A stretch of DNA of 64,000 nucleotides. Origin: Catajapyx aquilonaris (lineage: Eukaryota). Position numbers and translations under genes: made by a program. The notes beneath the pieces were generated by a model. The model saw nothing but the letters and a program-made list of their open reading frames with translations, searched no databases and was not told the origin of the DNA. Below are positions 1-12,372 of this stretch, in pieces. The stretch lies in the NCBI GenBank assembly GCA_000934665.2, contig KZ538418.1:1-64000 (forward strand), written 5' to 3'. Within the stretch, counting starts at the first letter, position 1; the number at the start of each line of letters is the position of its first letter.

Positions 1-1870
1 AGTTTCTGCCTCTCAGCATCCGGGCCTGGAAAACATTTTTCGTGTTACCAGGTAATACTGCCCGTATATACATACATACTAGTATAGGCTATGTACCGAG
101 CTGGAAATTTTTGCACGCGGCGTATTTACATACAAAATCGTAGCATATGCAGTTTTTTAACACAGTTGGTGACAATCCCACTCCTGCAGAAACATTTCAT
201 ACCAATTTAATGCCCATTTCTGGCTGTATAAATATGGTATTTTCTGACTGTATATTGCTTATTTTTTGTTATTGGTATAGTTGACTTGGTACACCAGGGA
301 TTGTTTTTTGCAGAATCCGGAAAACAGTGAGCTGTTAGCTCCTAATACAAATGTGGCGAGTGTTGACAACAAACACGGCACAAGCGATTTGATGTCTCGA
401 GAGAGATGGGAGGTGACAAGGAAACCTAGTTGGTTGTTTCCATCCCCGGAGACACACGGCCAACCCAGGAGAGATGCTATATATTGTGATCGGATCAATG
501 GCAGCAGGGGGAGGTCCTGCATCCATGCTGCTGTTGGGAGGGTGTGGGTTGTGTATATGTGCACGAGTATGTGTATATGCGATGCCAGGGGCAGTGGACA
601 TCGCACGTGCATAATCGATTGCAGGGCTGCAGGGTTTTGGATGGGAAAAGGGGGGAGGGGGGGGGGGAGTATATGTGAGTATGGAGCCGCAGCATATTGT
701 CGGATTGGGAGGCGAACAACAGTCCACCTGCTGCTGCCTGTTGCCGCCCAACAAGGCCCCTAATCAACCCCACGCCGCCATAACTCCCCCTATGCAGATT
801 AACGATAATGGGGATTAGCGATTGAAAACTGCTCTTGTTTGAAGCCTCGCCTCATAATTGCTCCATTTTCTACCCACTCTTTTTACCGCACCCCCCCCCC
901 CCCACCCAATGCTGATGCTGCCCTTAATGGAGGAGGAGAGCATTATGCGTGCTGCAGCCAGGTACAGAAACAATTCATTATACGGAGGACAACAATGTCG
1001 GTATTGTGCTGACGGGTAAGGCCCCTCCCGCCCCCCACACACAGTTATGCACAGGCATATATCGGGCCTATATACACAGTTTTCCCAATAAATTAATCCA
1101 ATTACATACGTCGAGTCATGCACGACTTGAGAATGCCATTACCAGCTAGCTATTAATATCTCACAAATCCTGTCCAGATATTTTAAAAATCGCTCATTAC
1201 AAATAGGTTTCATACTTGGACAACCACGACACAGGCGGAACTTGTAGGCCTGGCTAATGAAGATTCCGATTACACCCTTTCCAAAAAGACCTGCAGACAG
1301 TAATAAACAACATGGATGTTCCAAGACGTCGCTGCTCTATTTTCAGGCCAGTTGGAAAAGAGTGCCGGGGTTGGGGGGGGAGGGGCCTTTTGCTGAAAAA
1401 TTGGTGATGGGAGATGGAGGAAAGGAGTTAGATGCCTTCCAGATGTTGATGTTATTCCTGAACCGGGTCCAAATCGGCCCGAGTCCCTAGAGTCCAACTC
1501 TGGCCAGAGTTGCGGGACGTGAATATATACTTTCATAGCCATATCAAAGGGGGCCTTACACACAGACTAACGAGGGAACAAGTTAACAACCAGGCAATAA
1601 ATGTCGCCGCACTCTTGTCTTACTGCTTCCTTCGCCGGAGATGCTTGTGGGAGGACTCAGAGAGATACATGGGCTGCCAGACGACGGCCAAACTGGCAGC
1701 CAAAATCATCCTCACGGCCAAGAAGCCATCACATCATAACCGTAAAATTATCGTCGGTCTTCCCCCCTCAATTCAGCCTGCTAATGGCCCCCATGCCTCG
1801 ACACCAAAGTCTGCCACGTCCCCAGGATAAATAAACAACCTTACCCTGCACGGGCACGTCATAAAAATTT

Positions 1871-1972
1871 GGGTGACTTGAAGAGACACCCCTGCAAATT
1901 AGTCTCCGATCACCCCGGTCCACGATCCTCGACTCTGGACTTTTCTTTCGGTGTACAAGTGTGGTGTATAAC
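1871..1972 (+). pseudogene. Highly degenerate fragment of a Tc1/mariner-superfamily transposase (C-terminal catalytic region)
   Basis: Allowing frameshifts, the DNA reads ggg tga ctt ga aga gac acc cct gca aat tag tct c cga tca ccc ... ctg gac ttt tct ttc ggt ... agt gtg gtg tat, i.e. G*L(G)RDTPAN*S(P)RSP...LDFSFG...SVVY. This is colinear with the motif RWIGRGGPxxWPPRSPDLTPLDFFLWGxLKSxVY, and both stops sit at Trp positions (TGG>TGA, TGG>TAG). Recognised by eye, not by database search. Confidence 0.55.
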
Positions 1973-2212
1973 CTCTCATGCAATAAATATTTAAAAATTA
2001 ATAATGAACAATAAATAAAAATAATACAACATTGGCAAATCACGCGAGCGGGATTCGAGAAGACTATTTCTCGTTAGGCAGCGGGAAATGAGGCTGAGAA
2101 CTTTGTCGAATATACGATATCATATACGACATGATTTCTAAGTGGACAATAATGACATAGAATGTTGCCAGTCTCATTTCACGTTGCCAAGTAGTAACCC
2201 AAGAAAATTAAT

Positions 2213-2419
2213 ATACTCAACCTTGGCGGATAGACTGAACCCGGACCACCGGAAGTGGCCGGTCACCGGAAGTTGACCATGAAACCTATTTAGAGTGTCC
2301 GCTGAATCGTAATCCGAAAACAGTCTGTTGCTATCTCTTGCGGGTTAGGCCCTGATACTTGTCCACAGACGGACAGACATAGTCGTCTATAATACTTTTT
2401 AATGAGAAAAAGTATAAAA
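2213..2419 (-). mobile_element. Possible Helentron-associated interspersed element (HINE/DINE-1-like) relic
   Basis: The minus strand begins TTTT-ATACTTTTT-ctcatt-AAAAAGTAT (9-bp inverted repeat, plus coordinates 2392-2400/2407-2415). It continues with a GTCTGTCCGTCTGT microsatellite (2365-2378) and a tandem CACCGGAAGT repeat (2241-2273), the order typical of DINE-1/HINE. The 3' sub-terminal repeat and hairpin are not clearly preserved. Confidence 0.45.
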
Positions 2420-5400
2420 TTAATAAAATAGGAACTACACTTTTGCCGCAGTGCACCTCCCCCCCCCCCCNCATACGCAGACGGATATTCGCAAAATGGT
2501 TCGAAGATTGCACTATTGGCTGCTGGTCCTGTCTAGTGTCGATCATATCGGCGGCATGTTGCGCCACTCAACACCTCGTCCGCACACACTCCACCCCCCA
2601 GTCATCCCCATCCCCACTCACTCTCTCCTATAGCTATACTTGCTGCAGTACTAGTCCAGTCAATTAGCACTTTGCAGCGACCAGATTGCTAACTAACCTG
2701 TTTGTCACTCTTGCAGCGACCGCAGCGATCAGGCCTTTTTTTCCCGGCCCCTGCAAAAATCCGGGGCCCCATAAATTAGGCAAAGGGACATGTAATGTAA
2801 GCCGGTGTAAGTCCGGGGTTAGAAAAAGGTTGGAAAGGGAGACCCGAGGTGTCTATTTACTTATTTAGTGCGTGGAAACAAAAAAAATGAAAAAAAGAAA
2901 GAAGGCGTCTGGAGTGTTCTGCCTTCCTCCTCCTTTTTCTCCGCCCAGCAGCCCATAAATTTGGCGGACCAGTCCCCCCTTTGCGTCCGGCGTCCTCCTT
3001 TTTTTCCCCCCCCCTGCCCTCAAATATTTATTGGTGTCCTGAACGGGGACGATTTGACACGGCAAGCATGTGCAACAGGCCCAGGCAAGACGACGACGAC
3101 CGACGAACAAGAGGAGAGAAAAAGAAGTAGGCAACAGAATAAAAAGAACGAAACTTGGTGCCAATCAGGGCTGTCCACAGCCGTGTCCCACAGGACATTG
3201 GGGACACCAAAATACACGTCTTTCGCATTCCCAACCAGAAGGGGCCATTCAAAATACGGGCATGTCCACTCTCTATCCAGTTCCTGATGGAATAACATGC
3301 TCGGTCGCTATACGGTTCAGCGTGTGTGCAAACCAGGGATCGAACCAGCTCCAACGGACTTGTACAAGTAGCCTGTAAAGTCTAGTGTTGGTATAAAACT
3401 AATTGGTAAAATTAATATTTGTTTCGAATGGTGTCCCATGGCCGCATGTGGCTGGATGTGAGAATCAATAGGTGTGTAAGGCGAGTCGTATATGGATGGA
3501 TGGATAGCAGTGGCAGAAAATGGACAGACTGAATGGGTGTGGGTGTTATTCCGGTAGCGTGGAACATAATTGGGTGTTGGGCGAAGAGAGACGGCCTAGG
3601 GATTGCCCTTTTTATTCCTCCAGCTTCAGTTGGGGGCACACAATGCCAGCTGAAGCAGGCCTCCCTTTTGCCTAGGTGTTGAAAACTGGAGGGTGCGAGT
3701 GAACAAACATTTCACAGCAGGCTTCATTTCGCCCCGTTCCACTGATTTTTCCTCTGCCACCAAGATCCCCGTCACTCTTCTGAAAGGGACCCCCTCGCCT
3801 GTCACTCATCGCCACACCACTGCTTTTCCCTACTTCTTCCACTATGAAAATCTTGCTTACTACACTGCTGATTCCAGCCAACCATGTTCAAGCAAATGTC
3901 CACAACTACCTGTCAATCCCAGACTAACTAACTAATCAACATGGCACACAGGTCATCCCCAGAAATTCATCAGGAAGGTGTTGAAAAACATTATGAAATG
4001 AGCTTGTCAGCCCCCTTCCAGGCTGTTCAGGTGAGGTCAAGAAAAACCTACTCAAGTTGCTGCCTAATTTTTCTTTGGGAAGCCTTCCACATGAGTAATG
4101 GCAGGCCACGGAAAGGGAATCACCACGCTAGCTCAGAATCTACACGTGTTAAATTTAGCCTGTAGCTAATTCTTTTCGGCAAACCTGTCGGCGCCCTTTA
4201 TTATGGCGGCACCTTCCGATATCATTTGTTAGCCACAAACCAGTAGACCTCATTCGCTAAATGTCCACCATTTTTAAAGCCCCCTACTTTCATCCCTTTC
4301 ACGTCATATCATATAAGGCCAGCAATCAAATGGGAGTGCAGTCCTCATTCATATCAAAGTCTATGGGGGATTCCAGACTATACACTACGACGATGGGTAT
4401 ATAAAAGTGAAAGGGGGAGGGGGACAAAGTATATGGACACACTGAATAAATTATTGTCGTTATCCCGGCCCCAAATGACGGTACTTAATTTTAAGAATAA
4501 TATTTGAGCATGGCGATGTGCTCCTGGGACATCACCTGACATGTACTCGGATATTTTTGGCTGAATAGAACTGAGATTCAATCCATCTTGGACACAATAG
4601 TGCATGTCACATGTGATGAATACACTTGTGCGTCAATTAAATGTGAGCCCGGTTGTTAAGGTGACGCACATTCGCAAGCAAAATCTGGATTAAATTTTTT
4701 CCACTGCCGCTTATTCTTCCATGCAATGTGTTTGCGTCCTTCTCAGACACTCCACATATTGTCACCACCTGCCATTCAAAAGCTGGTGAATGTGCCCTGA
4801 CCCTTATTGGAACTCCCAGTCTTGTAAAAGGAGAAGAAAACGCGGGGCTGCATCTGTCAATCTGGTCTCCGTCATGTTGACTTTACGAAAAGGAAACGTC
4901 TTAGAACTCTGCGGGATATCCAAAGACCTCTTCAGGGGCGCTGAATCCTCCCCTTCCTCCTCCCACCCCCTCTTTCTCTCCAAATGCTGTCACCGTCGGG
5001 TAAACTCCGTGTAACTCAGTCTGTCCGGGGGTTTCCTATTTATAGTCCGAGAGGGCTACAAGTGGGCCAGGGTTCATCCAGCCACTGCTAGATTTATTTT
5101 GGCCCCAGTGTTGATATTTCATTAGGAGATTACCAGGGGGATCATGGAAGTCCGACTGACAAAATTGCCCCCCTGGACTAACTGAAACAAATGGCCAGCC
5201 ACATCAGCCCACACCCCCTTCCGCTACATACATACCCTTCATGTACAGCACTTGCTCTAAATATGTATTGCCCATCGATTTGTTTCGACAAGGCCTGTCA
5301 TCGCTGTTATTTATATTTGCTTAGATTTAAGAGAGTTTTTGGGAATTTTTTATTGCATTCCTGTTGACTTCAGATTGTGTTACTGATTGACTGAGGCAGA

Positions 5401-8400
5401 TGGGCGGAAGCAGGCGACTAATTTGGCGGAAAGGTGGCGAAGAAAACAAACAACACAGGAAGTGTATAGCTGCAAAAATTCCATTTAAATTACGCATGTT
5501 GAACCAATATATCAAAATTACAGTCCATTTTTTTGAAGAAGAAAATACAGCAATGTTTGTCCAAACCAAAATGGAGCATACCTGGAGTGTCATGTCATGT
5601 AAATCGGGAGCAAGTTTGAGTGTAATTCCTGTTGCAGTGCATGTGGTTTTGCCTGTGTTGGATTGGTCAAGCCTCCATATAGAACATCCCGGAAGCCCGC
5701 GGAAGGAGGATTGCTGCTGCGTGAAATATGAGACCGCAGGGAAGTAAATCTCCCGCTTTATTTACTCTGGGGCTCGTGCAGCATAATTATGTTTACCTTC
5801 CACGCCTCTGCCCCCCATAAAATAAACCCTAATTCCCGATTCCGGTATTACCTTCGGGATGTGTCTGCTCTAACCGCAAGCAAAGATCCCGGGCCCCTAA
5901 TAACTCCTGCAGGGAAAGACTCTTCGTTAACTTGCTACCAGCCTAATGGCTGACTCAAATGGTCCATTACTTTCCGCGTAATGTTTTGTTTGTTTGCCTA
6001 ACGCGCATCGAGGCAGTACCTACTCCAAATAAAGACGTCATTATGGGAATATTTTTAACTGTTTCCTCGTTTTTCGGAAAAGGGTCTCGATTCTTTCAAC
6101 CCTTTTTTCCCCTTCGAGCGATGTTTTACATGACACCTCGGGCCCCCTCGCAGGTCGCAGGAATGCGCTTCATAAATGTTCCACCTTCTGGAAAAGAGGG
6201 GAGGAACTCATGTGATGTAATGTGTTAGCGTCCACATTCATCTTAACCATGCCTCGGAAAATCTACCGCCACTGTCAGCTGCCGGAGGGGAGGAAAAAAG
6301 GGGCAAAACCTGTGAAAATGTTTCACCTTCTGGCACCAAGGGAGAGGATGACGTGCAGGGTTTTTGTCGACTTTAATTTCCAAAAACGGTGGAAAACTAC
6401 CACCACCATTGTTGCGAAGTCCCAAACTCTCTCCGATATTACGCTAAAAATGTTACAAACTTGCCCCACACAATGGGCCCATATATTGATAGGATTTTCA
6501 ATATTTTTTTTTAAACAACCAGAAGCGAACAAAAGAGAAGGTAACTTAGCTTTTTCTCTCTCTGCAGCAGCAGCAGCACCCGTGTAAATTAATTCTCATC
6601 TGGGGGAGCAGCTGAAGTATTATTAATTTCGAGTTTCAATCTGAGTCAGCGTGCAGTGCTTTTCTTGGCAGTTGGCTGGAAAATACAGCTCCGGGCAGGG
6701 TGCATAGGCCCAGCGAGCCATAACTCTTTTCAAACCCTCCCTCCCTCCCTTCCTCCCCCCCATCTCATCCCGCTTACCTTCTCCACCCCCTCTCCTTTTT
6801 CCTCTCTCTCAAGTTCCCCAAGGCAAAACTTTGCGATTTTCCACAACTTTTCGTGCAGTGACAAAGTTTGCAACGCTGCTTTGCCTACTTTGAGCCATCA
6901 AAATGACGAGATTGGAGAAGAAGGATGGAGGGAGAGAAAAGCCGATATTTCCCTCATTTCCAGCTTAAAAGAGTTCCAATAAGCGGTGCTCCAAATGGGA
7001 TCAGACTCTGTTTACTTATTAAGATTGAAACCCGGCCATTAGTCCATTAAGGAGGGTGTCTGGGCTGATGAGAAATGTCGAACTTTGACTACGCCGTGTA
7101 GAACCAGGCTGTAGACTGGTTGGAAAGCTCATTTTTCCTTCGTCCAACTTATTTCGCCAAGTGCCTATCGCGATTCGTCAGGCCCATTATACGCCAGCGG
7201 CGGCAGGAGAAGCTTTGTCAAATTGAGTCAGCCTGGAACGAGATGAGATGAGGCGGAGGAGGAGGAGGATCCCTCTTCTCACTTCCTTATTCTCCACTAT
7301 ATACACTTATATACACGCCTCGTCTCCAACCCAGCAGCATCCGAACCGGCTTAGATCTTGTCTGGGCACACCATCGCCACAAGCTGCAAACGAATCAACT
7401 CAAGGGTTATGCTCTAAGTGTTGATCAATAGTGCTACAATGATCTAACATCTGAAGGGCAAATGTCGCAACTATATACTCGTATAGGGAGGAAAATTTGC
7501 TATTTATTTCAATAGGATTTAATACCAATTTTTATTGCACATCACCAATGAGCAATGTTGATGCTGACTCTGGGGGGAGTCAGCCCTCCTGACCCCTTGA
7601 AATGTGTGACCTGTGGTCAAACGGCCCTGCTTGGCCACTATACGTTACTGAGTCGTTGATAACATACAAAGGTATATAATTAATTCCCAGGTGTGGCCCC
7701 CTCTCTTTGCACATGCCTTCACCTTGCAAAAACGAACTTGGGGAAGCCAAGCAGAGGTGTGTTCTCAATATTTTTCCCTTTTGATCCCCGCAGTTCCTTT
7801 ATTCATTCCCTGGGTGCCACCAGCGTAGGGCATATTTTTATTTAGGGCTTCGCCTCGATTCCCAACGGCAGTCAAGAGGCGTTTTATCTACGGCCGGGAT
7901 GATAACATTTATTACGATAGAACAAGTTTCCCATATGAATATTTATCAAGGTTCCGCCTCAGTTCGCGGTCGCTTTTTATGACTTCCTGGGCAGTGCCAC
8001 ACAACTGCAAGAAGGTACACTTGATGCAATAATGCTCGGTGCATATACCGTGATGTTATATACCCCCCATGAAAAAAAAATCCCATTTTTGAACAGCGCT
8101 GGCCAACAATATTCGCGACTCATTTTCAATTTTATTCCCCCTTGGCCTGAGCAAATTTAATCAACAACAGAACCGGTCACATATGAAAAGGGGAAGTCAA
8201 CAGCTGGAACCAGCAGGTTTACAAATCCACTGACGCGATACATTTTTTTGGTCACAAAAACAACGGGATCTGTTCTCGTTTTTTTCACAGGCTGTTATCG
8301 CGCACAAAATTACCCAACAATATCCACTAGAATTAGCTTCCAGTCTGAAATTATAGGTCGGGAGGGCTGGTTGGAGGGTAATCGAGGCTACTCCTCCGCT

Positions 8401-10743
8401 TGCTTGGAATATTATTAATGGTCTTCCTGGCAAATTAGTGAAACAAACTTCTCAACTTTAGCGTCACCTCCACTTAGATTTCAAGATTTTTTTGGGGGTC
8501 TTCTTCTCCTTGTGTCTTCCCCTACACTCAAAAGAGCGTATGGTTTCATTTCGGTTCGCACAATTAAACCTCCTTGTAATACCATGGTTTTAAAAAGCGG
8601 ATGTCACAAATTAATGTCTGGTTTACAAATGTTTCTGCCTTATCCGCATCAAATTAGCGGTGTGATTAATGATAAATGCGCTGGTCTGTACCGGTCTTGT
8701 GTCCCACAACACAACAATTGCTAACATTTATCAGGGGGGAAATGCCAGGAAATTATATCGTTTGCAAGTAAGCCCATAATGATACTAATTTATTAAAAAT
8801 TATTATTATTATTGCATTTTCCATAATTTAGAAATTTAATTTAAGATACGATGCATTTTCTTCAATTTTATTTATTTAATGAGAATATGCTGGACTTTTC
8901 TCCCACGCAATAAAGGTGCTAAGTGTGCATAGTTCAGCAGCCACTGTCATCAGAGATGCTGCAGTGTGTCTCCCTATATGTTTTCATGGGAGTCCTTATA
9001 ATAATTTGGAAGAGGTGCGTTGGGGGATGATGTTCCGGGAGTCCTCTGGGAGCTGCTGCTTCCTGGAAAACATTGCCCTGGAGATGCGAAGAGAGCAGGT
9101 TGAAGGTGGTAAATTGCAGCTGTAGTCAGGGGAAAGAGGAACCGGTGGCAGCATGGAAAGCAGGAGCAGCAAAGTTGGTGCAACAAATCAGCGAGTTAGG
9201 TGCGGTGTTGCTTCTGGGAAAAGGAGAGACTGAGGGTGGGTGGTGGGGTGGAAGGGAAGAAGCCGGAGGATATGGCTTTCCCTGGCAAATCGAGGGAAAC
9301 CGCCGCCCGAATTGGCAAAAAGACCCGCGTCTCTTCGGAGACAGACAGGCTAATTCCTCCGGGGGGACCAGAGTGCGGCTTTCACGACAGCACATACCTC
9401 GGGAAGAACCTGCTACAAAGCCTAACTAAGTTTCCCTGCCAAACTAATAAAACTTTGGGGCCAACACTGTTCCCAGGCGTTTGGAGGAAAAGGGGACAGA
9501 GCCAGCCAAGGCAGAGACACCTGTACTTCAATGCTCACATCACGCAACATACCGGCAATAATTTCTTGCATCCCGATTTCAACACTTTTTATTATTATTA
9601 AATAGACATAAATAACACAATTTATAATAAATAATTTATTTGGTGTGATGTTAGATTGAGTATAAGCGTGAGCCATCTTGATCTGGACCAAACATGGCGG
9701 CAGTGCAAGAAGTCAAGCGTGTCTCATAAACAAGTAAATAAAGGAAAATAAAAACCGGCAGACTTCCCCAACGGCAAGGATCGGGGCTACTAAATCCCAG
9801 TGAGGCTTGAAGCAATAATTCAGTGCGAGCTAACCGGCAGAGAAAATGTTGTTTATGATGCCAAGGGGGTCCAAAGGCGCTGCTGCTTATCCGGGTATTT
9901 GTATGGGTTCCGGCGCCGACTCCTAACGAGCGGCAAGGCATCAAGTGTGGTGTGTGTGTGAGATGCTGGTCTGGCACGTGGAACAGAGCAGAAGGATGCT
10001 TCCACCGCCAAAAGTCATTAACAGATCTATTTCAACGCCAGCAGTCTTTCCCTCCTTCCCCCACAAGCTGCCAATTACGCCAGCTCCGAATTGTTGCCGA
10101 GCAGGGAAAAGGGACACCCAGAGTAGCACAGCTCGACAAATGACTAGCCCCCCCACCCTCTTCACACTTGGTTCTCATTAGAGTGTCTATAGGTATGCAC
10201 ATTCTGGGCCCAAAAACTAGTCTTCCATAGGACTTTCTTTCATCCTAGCATGATGCAACCAAACAAACCGCTTTGCTTTAATGGTTCATACCATGCATGA
10301 TCAGGTGAGTGTCGCAGTCCGGTGCGTGTGGTCAGCGCCAATTACACGGAGCCGATCCATTACTGTCCGGGACAGAGTGGGACAAAGCCAGGGTCGGCCA
10401 CAAATCTCCGCCCCCCCACCCGGGGCGGCCACCTGCACCTGCATTGAATCTGCTCCAAGGTGCTCTGTACACTTCCGGCCGGACTGAAATACTGCGCCCC
10501 CCCTTAACCGCGACAAACGGCGCTGTCGCCCCAAGACGCCTCCAGATCCTAAATCAGGGACCCACCCACCTACCAGCATCTATCTGTCTTTCTGTCCCCC
10601 CAGTACCACACAGACCCCAAACTGCGCCACACTGGGCTTTAAGCCCGATCTAACCCATCTGACCACTATTTCCAGAGCTCCTATATACGTACTAACACTG
10701 TCTTGGAGTACTGCACAGACGCGGAAATGAGTAAGGTAGCAGA

Positions 10744-10819
10744 CCTGAAGCTCAAATTAGCCTCTACCCTCTCGAGTCCTGCAGGACTCGGGAGGGTAGA
10801 GGCTAATTTGAGCTTCAGG
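10744..10819. repeat. 76-bp spacerless palindrome (38-bp arms, one mismatch)
   Basis: CCTGAAGCTCAAATTAGCCTCTACCCTCTCGAGTCCTG|CAGGACTCGGGAGGGTAGAGGCTAATTTGAGCTTCAGG; the arms are reverse complements except for one T/G pair. Confidence 0.97.
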
Positions 10820-11814
10820 CTTTTTTCGTACTTAAAAATATTTACTCCTGCATCTTTCTCATGATTTGTGGGCGATCTTTCCTTTCTTCATCCTTGACAG
10901 CGCATCTCCGTATATTATAATTCAAGGGGTGTCCATTCTATTCTAGGCTGAATGGGAGACCGCGATAGGTGTGCGACTATGAAAAGAGAAAGGGTGGCCC
11001 TGCATCGCTATGCAAAAGCTGGAGGGCAGATTGGAGTGGCTGTCCTCTAGGGAGAGCTATCGGCGGAGATTTATGAAGGCCCCAAATGACCCCTCCCAGG
11101 ATAATATAGCCCTCTTCTCTTCCGCGAAGAGTAGAGGCAGTGGTGTTCCTCCTGCTGCATTTTTCATGAGTTCCTGGCCCAGCTTTAGGAAACATTACAG
11201 GCGGCAAGGTGAGGCTTTTCCACGCCTCCGCACGTTACTCTAATAGAAGTCGTTTGTTCGCTCTACAAACATGGTGATTTTGGCGCGCCTTGTACGACAG
11301 CCCCAGGCACAAAAGGAGAAGAAAAATCGGATCTAAGGCCCCCCCAAAAAATGCTATCTGGAAAATGTGCCCTCACGTGATATGTGACATGGCAACAAAG
11401 TAATTCCGCGGATGTATTCATCGCAAAACATTTCCAGAATAGAAGAAGTTGTGTGCAAAGAGCCACACGGGGAGATCATGTCACAGCCGGACAACAATGG
11501 AATCCAAAAATGGTGCAAGGCCAGTGTGTACATTTTTTTCAATTTCTGAAAAGAGGGCGGAGGGAGGCCTGATGCACGAGCAAGCCTGTTTCCTCAACAC
11601 GACATATTCATCTCTTCCTGTGCAAATCTGCAACCGGTCAACTCATATAGGACTGGGCGTGTGGGAATCATTTTTTTGTGTGTGAGACTCGAATTGCAAA
11701 CAAAAAATCGTGTCCATCTGCCGTGCAGGTCGTGACCTTAAGAGGGCACAAGACCTATATTGTCCTGTGGGTGGATCACCCCCGATACCCATCGGCAGGA
11801 ACTCGGGCAGGTTT

Positions 11815-11835
11815 CATCATCATCATCATCATCAT
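11815..11835. repeat. (CAT)7 microsatellite
   Basis: Direct reading of seven CAT units. Confidence 0.95.
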
Positions 11836-12287
11836 CAGTTGGCCTAACGCTAGTTCGGACATGATTGCAATGTGTTAGGCCAAAGGGGCGGGGTTGCATA
11901 TACGTCTTTCACACATGGCGAGTTCTTTCGCACATCCCGGAAGCGTGTGTAGTGTGTGTGAGACCATCGTGTGGGTCGTGTAGGGGGCGAGGGAATGAGC
12001 ACTGGGTAATCAGTTGACATCGCGCGGAAAGATGCGCGATTTATTACGCAATTAAACACATCCTTTTGCTGCAGGGGCCGCGCTTTGCATGCTGATAATT
12101 TTTGCAAATCCCGCCCTCTTTTTGCGCATCTTACAAGTCAGGTTAATTACCAATTGAACTGGGCAGGAATAATAAAACTCTGTGTGCACCCTAAAATTAC
12201 TTCATTTTCCTTATCAATTTTAATAATTATTATATTTTTATTCATTAACGAAAAGTCGGATTTTGCATTAGGTTTTTCGCCAGAAAA

Positions 12288-12372
12288 CATCGATAGAATC
12301 TACATTAAATGAAAAATCGAAGAATCGATATTATTTGGGCATCGTTTTCTCGATTTTCAATGTATTTCGATA
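12288..12372. repeat. Short AT-rich patch with clustered TCGA/ATCGAT motifs
   Basis: catcgata, aatcgaa, aatcgata, catcgtt, ctcgatt and ttcgata occur within about 85 bp; same style as 23002-23300. Confidence 0.5.

Noticed and set aside
10211..10227. ACTAGTCTTCCA, complementary to the first 12 nt of miR-7
   Set aside because: A single site with no precursor hairpin and no evidence of a 3' UTR; plausible by chance given the many miRNAs considered.
10744..10826. Bacterial rho-independent terminator or synthetic vector insert (XhoI/SbfI sites)
   Set aside because: No prokaryotic gene or vector context; the centre of any spacerless palindrome looks like a restriction site.
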